From Flavobacteriales bacterium (lineage in GTDB: Bacteria > Bacteroidota > Bacteroidia > Flavobacteriales_F > PHOS-HE28): DNA of 64,000 bases. The notes below the pieces were generated by a model that saw only the letters and a list, made by a program, of their open reading frames with translations, was not told the origin of the DNA and did no database searches. This document shows, in pieces, positions 45,017 to 53,285 of the stretch. The DNA lies in the NCBI GenBank assembly GCA_044507815.1, contig JBIQIX010000001.1, positions 207,124 to 271,123 on the forward strand, written 5' to 3'. Numbering within the stretch: the stretch's first letter is position 1; every line of letters begins with the position of its first letter. Position numbers and translations under genes: made by a program.

Positions 45017-46684
45017 ATGCCCACTCCGCGCCTCTTCCCCTTGCTCTTCACCCTGCTCTTCCTCGCTTGCGCCCAGCCCGATGCCCCTGGCGGCGACCAG
45101 GACAGCCTCGGTGTGGATCGTGCGAGCATGGATGCACGCGTGCGCCCACAGGTGTACGAGCCGGTGAAGCTTACCGCGGACCTGTCCCAGCTCTCCGCGG
45201 AAGAGCGTGGCATGATCGTGCTGATGGTACAGGCCGCACAGGTGATGGACAGCCTGTTCTGGCAGCAGGCATGGGGGCCGCCGGACAGCCTGCCGGCCAA
45301 GCACCCTTCACCTGAGGTCAAGCGCTTCTTCGCCATGAATTACGGACCCTGGGACCGGCTCGCTGGGAACAGGCCCTTCATCGACGGTGTGGGCGAAAAG
45401 CCCAAGGGTGCACGCTTCTACCCGGCCGATATGGATGCCGGGGAATACGATGCATGGGGCGATCCCGCGAAGAGCGGCATGTACACCATGGTACGCCGCG
45501 ATGCCGCGGGCAAACTGGTGGCGGTACCCTACCACCAGTATTTCATGGGCCCGGTACAACGCGCCGCAGCCCTGCTGGACAGTGCGGCCGCGCTGGCCAA
45601 GGACCCCGGTCTGCGCACCTACCTGCTTGCGCGGGCCAACGCGCTGCGCACCGACCAGTACGCCGCCAGCGACATGGCCTGGATGGACATGCGCAGCAAC
45701 AACCTGGACCTGGTGATAGGGCCGATAGAAACCTACGAGGACCAGCGCTTCGGGCAAAAGGCGGCGTATGAGAGCTATGTGCTGGTGAAGGACAAGGAGT
45801 GGACGCGGCGGCTGGAACGTTTCGCCAAGCTGTTGCCCGAGCTGCAACGGGCCTTGCCGGTGCCCGCGGCCTATAAAAAGGAGCGCCCCGGAAGCGATGG
45901 CCAATTGGGTGCATACGATGTGCTGTACTACGCGGGGGATTGCAACGCGGGCGGCAAGACCATAGCCGTGAACCTCCCGAACAACGAGTCCATCCAACTG
46001 AAAAAAGGCACGCGCCGCCTGCAGCTCAAGAACGCCATGCAGGCCAAGTTCGAGAAGATCGTGGTGCCCATCGCGGCCGAACTCATTGCGGCCGACCAGC
46101 GCGCCCACATCACTTTCGACGCCTTTTTCCAGAATGTGATGTTCCACGAAGTGGCGCATGGCCTGGGCATCAAGCACACCGTGAACGGCAAGGGCACCGT
46201 GCGACAAGCCCTGCTTGATGAGGCGGCCGCGCTGGAGGAAGGGAAGGCCGACATCCTGGGCCTGTACATGGTGGAGCAATTGCGCGCGAAGGGCGAGATC
46301 AACGAAGGCACGCTGATGGACAACTACGTCACGTTCATGGCCAGCGTGTTCCGCTCGGTCCGCTTCGGCGCAGGTTCGGCGCATGGCCGTGCCAATATGC
46401 TGCGCTTCAATTTCTTCATGGAGGCCGGGGCGTTCCAGCGCGACCCCACCGGAAACTACCGCGTGGACGCCGACAAAATGCACCAGGCCATCAGCGACCT
46501 GGCCGCGCTGATCCTGCGCCTGCAAGGAGATGGCGACAGGCAGGGCGTGCAGGAACTCATGGCACGGCAAGGTGGTATCGGCAATGAACTACAACAGGAC
46601 CTGGGCCGTTTGGAAAAGGCCAAGATCCCCGTGGACGTGGTGTTTGAACAAGGATTGCACGTGCTTGGCCTGGGCGAAAAATGA
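45017..46684 (+). CDS. M49-like (DPP III-related) zinc-dependent hydrolase lipoprotein
   Basis: Lipobox …LLFTLLFLACAQ; motifs FHEVAHGLG and EEGKADILGLY paralleling the M49 HExxxH / EExxA(D/E) pair. Confidence 0.55.
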   Translation: MPTPRLFPLLFTLLFLACAQPDAPGGDQDSLGVDRASMDARVRPQVYEPVKLTADLSQLSAEERGMIVLMVQAAQVMDSLFWQQAWGPPDSLPAKHPSPEVKRFFAMNYGPWDRLAGNRPFIDGVGEKPKGARFYPADMDAGEYDAWGDPAKSGMYTMVRRDAAGKLVAVPYHQYFMGPVQRAAALLDSAAALAKDPGLRTYLLARANALRTDQYAASDMAWMDMRSNNLDLVIGPIETYEDQRFGQKAAYESYVLVKDKEWTRRLERFAKLLPELQRALPVPAAYKKERPGSDGQLGAYDVLYYAGDCNAGGKTIAVNLPNNESIQLKKGTRRLQLKNAMQAKFEKIVVPIAAELIAADQRAHITFDAFFQNVMFHEVAHGLGIKHTVNGKGTVRQALLDEAAALEEGKADILGLYMVEQLRAKGEINEGTLMDNYVTFMASVFRSVRFGAGSAHGRANMLRFNFFMEAGAFQRDPTGNYRVDADKMHQAISDLAALILRLQGDGDRQGVQELMARQGGIGNELQQDLGRLEKAKIPVDVVFEQGLHVLGLGEK

Positions 46685-46697
46685 AGAACGCATAAGC

Positions 46698-47621
46698 ATG
46701 GCGGGCGAGGAGCATCCACCGGTGGCCCCTGAAAAGCAATTGACGCTGCTGCCGTGGTCGCTGCGCTTCCTGCTGGCCATGGTGGTGGCGCTGCCGCTGT
46801 GCATGTGGCTATGGCCGCATCTGCCATTGCTACGGGTGCCCGCCCTTTGGGGCATGGGCCTGGACCGGTTGGTGGCGTTTGTGGCGGTGCTGGCGCTGGT
46901 GATGCTGTTGCTGCGCCGTTTTCCCGTGGTGAGCTACGGCGCGCTGGTGGTGGCCCTGGCCGTGCTCACGTGGAAAAGCTTCAGCGGGGGCTACGGCATG
47001 CGCGAGCTCTTCATGTCGTACGGGCAATCGCTGGCAGCGCTCAAGCAAAACACCACGGCGCTGCCCGAAGTGGGCGGCCTCAAGCCGTTCGCGGGGGCCG
47101 AGGAGCTGAAAACGGCCATGAACTACATGGACCCCGAGGTGCGCTCCTTCGCCGTGCGCGCCGCCACCACGTGGTTCAGGGAAGAAGCCAGCGAGGGCGA
47201 CCACACGCTCATACAGGCCTTCAGCATTTTCAAGGTGATCAACTCCTCGTGGGTGTATGTGAGCGACCCCGCCGAGGGCGAATATTTCGCCAAGGCCAGT
47301 GAAAGCGTGCCCCTGCTGGCCGGTGATTGCGACGACCATGCCGTGTTGATGGCCGCCTGCATAAAGGCCATCGGCGGCAAGGTGCGCCTGGTGCGCACCA
47401 CCGGCCACATCTACCCTGAATTGTGCGTGGGCAACGCGCAATCCATGCAACGGGCCGCCTACCTCATCCGCAACGTGCTCTTCCCCGACGAGGCCCGCTA
47501 TGCCGACCTGTACTACCACACCGATGCCAACGGCGACCGCTGGATCAACCTCGACTACACTCGCCATTACCCCGGCGGGCCTGTGATGAACGAGAAGATC
47601 ATCGGCATACTGCACGTTTGA
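46698..47621 (+). CDS. membrane protein with C-terminal transglutaminase-like domain
   Basis: 4 N-terminal TM helices; …LLAGDCDDHAVLMAACIKAIGGKVRLVRTTGHIYPE… Cys…His core. Confidence 0.55.
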   Translation: MAGEEHPPVAPEKQLTLLPWSLRFLLAMVVALPLCMWLWPHLPLLRVPALWGMGLDRLVAFVAVLALVMLLLRRFPVVSYGALVVALAVLTWKSFSGGYGMRELFMSYGQSLAALKQNTTALPEVGGLKPFAGAEELKTAMNYMDPEVRSFAVRAATTWFREEASEGDHTLIQAFSIFKVINSSWVYVSDPAEGEYFAKASESVPLLAGDCDDHAVLMAACIKAIGGKVRLVRTTGHIYPELCVGNAQSMQRAAYLIRNVLFPDEARYADLYYHTDANGDRWINLDYTRHYPGGPVMNEKIIGILHV

Positions 47622-47672
47622 GGGGTGCCGATCCGACCGGCCCGCAACAGCGGTTGAGCTACTTTTGGCCGA

Positions 47673-49427
47673 ATGCCCCCAGAGAAAAAATTGGTGCATC
47701 CGGCCGACCTGGCCAAGGCCAGCCACATGCGGCCCGGCGATCCACGCATTGCGGTGCTCGCGGAGGTGAGCGGCCTGAAACGGCTGGAGCGTTTCTACAA
47801 CGAGATCGAGCTCAGGCCGGGCGGCGATTTCATCGAGGCCCTGTTCGCCAACCTCGACATGCATCTTGAGGTGGACCCGGCCGAGGTGGAGCGCGTGCCG
47901 CAGGAGGGCGGCGTGGCCATTGTGGCCAATCACCCCTACGGCGCCATCGATGGGCTGGCCATGCTGCACGTGCTGCGCCACCGGCGTCCCGACCTGAAGG
48001 TGATGGCCAACTTCATGCTGCAGCAGCTCGAGCCGCTGCGCGACCGCTTCATCGGTGTGAACCCCTTTGAGCAGCTCACCGAGCGCAGCAGCTTCCAGGG
48101 CATGCGCCAGGCGCGCCAGCATTTGGCCGATGGCAAGGCGCTGGGCGTTTTTCCGGCAGGGGAGGTAAGCAGCTACCGCAACGACCTCGATGCCGTGGCC
48201 GACCCGCGCTGGAAAACACCGGTGATCAAGTTGATCCGGCACGCCGATGTGCCCGTGGTGCCGCTGTGGTTCGATGGCGCCAACAGCCTCGTGTTCCAGA
48301 TTTTGGGCATGGTGCACCCCGGCCTGCGCACCCTGCAACTGCCCCGCGAAATGCTGCGCATGCACGGCCGCAGCGTGCGCATGCGCATCGGCAACCCCAT
48401 TCCCACCAAGGAATTGGCGCGGTTCGGCTCCATGGACGACCTGGCCCGGTACCTGCGCGCCAAAACCTATTCCATCGGCAGCGGGGTTCATGTGCGCCGC
48501 GAGCATTTCAGGCCGCTGTTCTTCCCGCGCAAGCCCAAGGAAGTGGTGCCCCCGGTGGACGTGGGGGCCATGGAGCGCGAACTTGCCGCGTTGGCCGACA
48601 AAAAACTGAACACCCAGGGCGAGTTCGACCTGTACCTCAGCCCCAGCGGGCGCATCCCGAACATCCTGCGCGAGATCGGCAGATTGCGCGAGATCACCTT
48701 CCGGGCCGTGGGCGAAGGCACCAACAAGGCCATCGACCTCGATGAGTTCGATCATTATTACGAGCACCTTTTCGTGTGGGACCGCGAGAAGCGGCGGATC
48801 GCGGGGGCCTACCGCGTGGGCGATGGCAAGGTGATCATGGAGCGCTACGGCAAGCGCGGCTTCTACATCACCACCTTGTTCAAGCTGGGCCGACCCATGC
48901 GCGAGGTGCTGGCCGCCAGCTTCGAACTGGGCCGGTCATTCGTGGCGGCCGAATACCAAAGGCATCGGCTGCCGCTTTACATGCTGTGGCGCGGATTGAT
49001 GCTGCACGTGACCTCGCACCCCGGCCACCGCTACCTCATAGGCCCGGTCAGCATCAGCGGCGACTACACGCGCTATTCACGGCGCATGATCATTGAGTTC
49101 GTTCACAAGTACCACTACGACGCTGAAATGGCCAAGCACGTGAAGCCCCGCAACCGCTTCCATATCGGCATAGACAAGCTCGATGGAACAGCCCTGCTGG
49201 AAGCCTCCGGCGAGGACATCAAGAAACTGGACCAGGTGATCGCCGAGGTGGAAAAGAATGGTTCTACGGTGCCAGTGCTGTTGAAGCGCTACCTATCGCT
49301 GAACGCCAAGATCATCGGCTTCAACCGCGACCCGCATTTCAATGATTCGCTCGATGGCCTGGTGGTGCTTGACCTGACCAAGGTGCCGCAGGCAACCTTG
49401 GAAAGCCTGCGCAAGGGCATGGTGTAG
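47673..49427 (+). CDS. bifunctional acyltransferase: N-terminal PlsC/LPLAT domain + C-terminal OlsB-like (GNAT-fold) N-acyltransferase domain (OlsF-like ornithine/amino-acid lipid synthase)
   Basis: …IVANHPYGAIDGLAM… HX4D acyltransferase motif; C-terminal half resembles hemolysin-like/OlsB N-acyltransferases; domain order matches OlsF of Flavobacteria. Confidence 0.55.
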   Translation: MPPEKKLVHPADLAKASHMRPGDPRIAVLAEVSGLKRLERFYNEIELRPGGDFIEALFANLDMHLEVDPAEVERVPQEGGVAIVANHPYGAIDGLAMLHVLRHRRPDLKVMANFMLQQLEPLRDRFIGVNPFEQLTERSSFQGMRQARQHLADGKALGVFPAGEVSSYRNDLDAVADPRWKTPVIKLIRHADVPVVPLWFDGANSLVFQILGMVHPGLRTLQLPREMLRMHGRSVRMRIGNPIPTKELARFGSMDDLARYLRAKTYSIGSGVHVRREHFRPLFFPRKPKEVVPPVDVGAMERELAALADKKLNTQGEFDLYLSPSGRIPNILREIGRLREITFRAVGEGTNKAIDLDEFDHYYEHLFVWDREKRRIAGAYRVGDGKVIMERYGKRGFYITTLFKLGRPMREVLAASFELGRSFVAAEYQRHRLPLYMLWRGLMLHVTSHPGHRYLIGPVSISGDYTRYSRRMIIEFVHKYHYDAEMAKHVKPRNRFHIGIDKLDGTALLEASGEDIKKLDQVIAEVEKNGSTVPVLLKRYLSLNAKIIGFNRDPHFNDSLDGLVVLDLTKVPQATLESLRKGMV

Positions 49428-49442
49428 GGTCACTGGCCGGCG

Positions 49443-50363
49443 TCAGACGGTCCAGGCCACGATGGCCTTATCGTCGCTGGCGGTGAGCAGCGTTGCCCTG
49501 TCCAGCCAAAGCAGGGCATTCACCGAATAGGCATGGCCGCCGCGTGCGCGGTCGAGCCGGGCGAGGGGGTCGAAGCTGCCCGCGCTCCACAATTTGGCCG
49601 TTTTGTCGCGGGAGGCGGAGGCCATGCGGCGGCCATCGGGGCTGAAGGCGATCTGGTAGATGGTGTCGCGGTGGGCCGCGAAGGCGTGCACCTGCTCATA
49701 TTGCCCGCCGGCATTCCACAGGCGGATGTGGCCATCCTTGCCGCCGCTCACCAGGATCGGCTTGGTGGGGTGCCACGCCAGGGAATTGGCGCCGATGTCG
49801 TGCCCGGCCAACGTGAACCGCTCATCCAGCGTGGTGCTGTTGAGCACGCGGATGCGTCCATCGCCACAGGCCACGGCCAATAGCGACCCGTCCGGCGACA
49901 AGGCGAGGCCGCGCACCTTTTCATCGGTCAACGGGATCTTGCGCTGCAACGTAATGCGTAACAGTTCCGCCTCGCGCGCGGTGTCCCAGATCGAAATGTG
50001 CCCATCGCCCGCGGCCACGGCCAATCGGCCATCGGGCAGCTTGGCCATGGCGAATATGCCTTTCACGTGCGCGCGCTCGAGCTGTGTTTCCTGGCGCTGT
50101 TCCAATTGCACCACGTGCAGCCCGCCGTCCTCATCGCCCAGGAACATCCAGTTCCCATCCCAGCGGCAAATCGAGAAAATGGCGCGCCCTGAGCGTGCCT
50201 CCGCCTGGCCCGTGCCGGGCTCGTCAAGGTTCCACCGCACCACGGAACCATCGCCGCTGGCACTGTGGAAGCAGCGTTGGCGGGCATCGGCGCAGAGCGC
50301 GTACACGGGGCCCTTGTGGCCGGTGAGCCGAAGAGTGCCGGGGAAGGTGCGTGGTGTGGGCAT
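49443..50363 (-). CDS. WD40-repeat protein
   Basis: Seven repeats ending …W(N/D), e.g. GSVVRWNL, GHISIWDT, GHIRLWNA, KTAKLWSA. Confidence 0.7.
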   Translation of the reverse strand: MPTPRTFPGTLRLTGHKGPVYALCADARQRCFHSASGDGSVVRWNLDEPGTGQAEARSGRAIFSICRWDGNWMFLGDEDGGLHVVQLEQRQETQLERAHVKGIFAMAKLPDGRLAVAAGDGHISIWDTAREAELLRITLQRKIPLTDEKVRGLALSPDGSLLAVACGDGRIRVLNSTTLDERFTLAGHDIGANSLAWHPTKPILVSGGKDGHIRLWNAGGQYEQVHAFAAHRDTIYQIAFSPDGRRMASASRDKTAKLWSAGSFDPLARLDRARGGHAYSVNALLWLDRATLLTASDDKAIVAWTV

Positions 50364-50438
50364 GTTGCAATGCTACGGTTCCCGCTTTCGGCCAATGTCA
50401 AGAAACGGTCGAATATCGCGCCAGCCGGTGGGGCGCGC

Positions 50439-50575
50439 TCAAAAGGCCTCGCCGAAGGTGAAGAACTAGCCTTGCTGGTCGTGCCCTACACCGTAGTCCA
50501 AGCGCAGGTTCACGCCGGCCTTCAGCGCCAGGCGTATGCCTGCGCCATAGCGTACCCTGGCCGAAAGCAGTGCCG
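50439..50575 (-). pseudogene. C-terminal remnant of an outer-membrane beta-barrel protein with in-frame TAG
   Basis: Reverse frame reads …LLSARVRYGAGIRLALKAGVNLRLDYGVGHDQQG*FFTFGEAF* : beta-strand pattern and terminal …FTFGEAF aromatic end of OMPs, but no N-terminal body and an internal amber. Confidence 0.35.
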
Positions 50576-50790
50576 CCAAGAGCGGCGATCATGCAGCAGG
50601 CGATCGTATGGCGCATATGTGGTCGGAACTGGCCGGTGATCACCGGTGGGCACGTGCCCTCGCAGATCGGCCGCGCAAAGGAAAGTGTGGCAAGCCAGCA
50701 CGGCGCGCGTTGCCCTGCTTCAGCTTCTATTTTTTCGATTTTTTCGGATGAGCGGCTTAGCAGCGCATGCACGCCCCACTGCCCGAGAAT

Positions 50791-50826
50791 GGAAAAAGGG
50801 CCGCTCCTTCACGGAACGGCCCTTTC
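50791..50826 (-). terminator. rho-independent terminator downstream of T9SS/GEVED gene
   Basis: On minus strand AAGGGCCG…CGGCCCTT 8-bp stem followed by TTTCC (U-run). Confidence 0.55.
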
Positions 50827-50845
50827 CCTGTGATGCGCTTTGCGC

Positions 50846-52156
50846 TTAGTCCTTGGTCAGCTTGAAGGTCTTCAGGCTGCCATCGGTGAAGGTGGCCTTG
50901 AACACATACACGCCGGTGGGCAGTGCGGAAAGGTCCACTTGGCCCGCGGTAAGGTTTCCGCTGCCGAACACTTGTTGGCCCACCATGTTGTAGCCTTCCA
51001 GTTCCTTAATGGATTTCTCCGTGGTGATGGAGAGGAAGTCCTTCACGGGGTTCGGGTGGAAGCTGAAGCTGGCGTTGTGCTGGCCCGCTATTCCAACGTT
51101 GCCCACCACCAGGGTGTAATCCTCGCCTTCGCCATAGTTTGCGCTCATGCAGGCGTCCTCCGCGGACACGGGGCCTGCCACCAAGAGTAAGCGCATGGTG
51201 TAGCTTCCCACGCCCAGGTCTGCGGGTATGTCCAAGGTGCCGTCCAAGGTCACGCCTTGCCCGCCTTCGCCAACCTCGCCCATGTATTCATCTGCGCTGA
51301 AAAGGCCGTCGTTGTTGAAGTCGATCCAAACGCCTACATGTTCTGTCCAACCGTCACCCACGGTTACTGAAATGGGATGGCTGGAGCCGGGGGTGATCAC
51401 GGCCGACATGTCGGTGTAGTCGCTGTAACCGCCGTCGCCGCAGTCGCTGCTGTTGTTGATATCCAGGAAGGTGACATTGAGGATCACATCGCCATCGGTG
51501 CAATCCAGCGATGGCACGCAGGGTTCCTCCCCGGGTTCGTCATCGGCGGGGCCCACGTACACATCGTCAATGCCAATGTAGTTCGAGTCATCCCCGCCCG
51601 GTCCTCCGTTGATCACATTGTAGCGGAAGGCGAAACGCATGGCCACCGGGGTGCTCCCTACGTCAGCCACGGTCCATGCATAGCGTGTCCATGTCTCGGG
51701 GTAGCTGAGGTCATAGTTCTCGTTGATCGAGATGAGCAGGTTAGTGAACGAGCCCACATCGGCCGAACCCACGGGTTGCTGCAACGTGCCGGTGCTGCTG
51801 CGCACCTCAAGGTGGTCATTCCACTCCGTGCCCGTGGGTACACGGGTCCAGAACGACAAGATGTCGCCATCCTGCACGTTCACCTCCGGGGTGATGAGCC
51901 AGTTGCTGATATCGCCGGCCCCGGAGGTGTTGTTGAAGTTCGCGCCGATAAAAGCCGTGGCGGGGCCGCTGTGTGCCGGGAACACCGTGGTGCTGCCCTG
52001 GATCCAACCCGTGGAGCCCACAGGGTTGCTTTGGTTGGTCATGATCCAGCCGGCGGCATCCAGGGTGGTGATGTCCTCGAAGCTTTCCTGCAGCGCCTGC
52101 GCCGTGCCCAGCAAGGGCAACGCGGACATGAGGGAATAGAGTAATGGTTTCTTCAT
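50846..52156 (-). CDS. secreted protein with GEVED/choice-of-anchor-type domains and T9SS C-terminal sorting domain
   Basis: Signal peptide MKKPLLYSLMSALPLLGTAQA; …SANYGEGEDYTL… GEVED-like motif; C-terminal …LPTGVYVFKATFTDGSLKTFKLTKD Por_Secre_tail. Confidence 0.7.
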   Translation of the reverse strand: MKKPLLYSLMSALPLLGTAQALQESFEDITTLDAAGWIMTNQSNPVGSTGWIQGSTTVFPAHSGPATAFIGANFNNTSGAGDISNWLITPEVNVQDGDILSFWTRVPTGTEWNDHLEVRSSTGTLQQPVGSADVGSFTNLLISINENYDLSYPETWTRYAWTVADVGSTPVAMRFAFRYNVINGGPGGDDSNYIGIDDVYVGPADDEPGEEPCVPSLDCTDGDVILNVTFLDINNSSDCGDGGYSDYTDMSAVITPGSSHPISVTVGDGWTEHVGVWIDFNNDGLFSADEYMGEVGEGGQGVTLDGTLDIPADLGVGSYTMRLLLVAGPVSAEDACMSANYGEGEDYTLVVGNVGIAGQHNASFSFHPNPVKDFLSITTEKSIKELEGYNMVGQQVFGSGNLTAGQVDLSALPTGVYVFKATFTDGSLKTFKLTKD

Positions 52157-52394
52157 GGTCGTTCGGGTTTAAGGTTTGTAACAGTAACATGGCCAGGGCG
52201 CATGCAGTTCGCACACCGGCCATAGCGGCGCAAGTTACCCATGCCATGCAAGTGCCCTGGCATTGGCCCCAAGAATGATCAACAATGCGTTGGGGATGCC
52301 AGCGTACCAGGCGGCCCGCTTGCGGACCGTTCATGTGATCCCCGCCGCGAAACCCGTATCGTTTCGCATCTTGCCCCTTCCAAACCAAGCCCCC

Positions 52395-53285
52395 ATGGAC
52401 CTGATCATAAAAGGATTGAGCAAAACCTATGCGAACGGCGTGAAGGCGCTGGATGCCGTTGACCTGCATATCCCCACCGGCATGTTCGGTTTGCTGGGGC
52501 CCAACGGCGCGGGCAAAAGCACGCTCATGCGCATTCTCGCCACCTTGCAGGAGGCCGATGCCGGCAGCGCCATGCTGGGTGATATCGATGTATTGAAGGA
52601 CAAGGATGCCGTGCGGCGCGTGCTGGGCTACCTGCCACAGGAGTTCGGCGTGTACCCCAAGGTGGGCGCCCACGAAATGCTGGACCACATCGCGCTGCTG
52701 AAGGGAGTAACGGTGCGCTCCGAAAGAAAGGACCTGGTGGAGGCCCTGCTGCACCGGGTGAACCTATGGGACCAGCGCAAGCGGCGGCTCAGCGGGTTCA
52801 GCGGCGGCATGAAGCAACGCTTCGGCATTGCACAATGCCTGATCGGCGATCCCAAACTGATCATTGTGGATGAACCCACCGCCGGCCTGGACCCCGGCGA
52901 GCGCAACAGGTTCTACAACCTGCTTACCGAGATCGGGGAGAATGTGGTGGTGATCCTCAGCACCCACATCGTGCAGGACGTGAAGGAGCTGTGCAGCAAC
53001 ATGGCCATCATCAACAAGGGCCGCGTGCTTTATGCCGGCCCGCCGGACGATGCACTGCGCGCCATGCACGGCAAGGTGTGGGAGAAGACCATTGTAAAGG
53101 CCGAACTGGAAGGATTTGCACGAAGCGGGAAACTGATCAGCCACCGCCTGGTGGCCGGTACGCCCGTGGTGCACCTGTTGAGCGATGAACGGCCCGGGGA
53201 AGGTTTCGTGCAGGTGGAACCGGGCCTGGAGGATGTGTTCTTCGGGGCCATCAGCCAAAGCAACACCACAGTGCCCACCGCATGA
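52395..53285 (+). CDS. ABC transporter ATP-binding protein
   Basis: Walker A GPNGAGKST, signature LSGGMKQR, Walker B LIIVDEPTAGLD; start at MDLIIKGL (ATG 52395). Confidence 0.85.
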   Translation: MDLIIKGLSKTYANGVKALDAVDLHIPTGMFGLLGPNGAGKSTLMRILATLQEADAGSAMLGDIDVLKDKDAVRRVLGYLPQEFGVYPKVGAHEMLDHIALLKGVTVRSERKDLVEALLHRVNLWDQRKRRLSGFSGGMKQRFGIAQCLIGDPKLIIVDEPTAGLDPGERNRFYNLLTEIGENVVVILSTHIVQDVKELCSNMAIINKGRVLYAGPPDDALRAMHGKVWEKTIVKAELEGFARSGKLISHRLVAGTPVVHLLSDERPGEGFVQVEPGLEDVFFGAISQSNTTVPTA

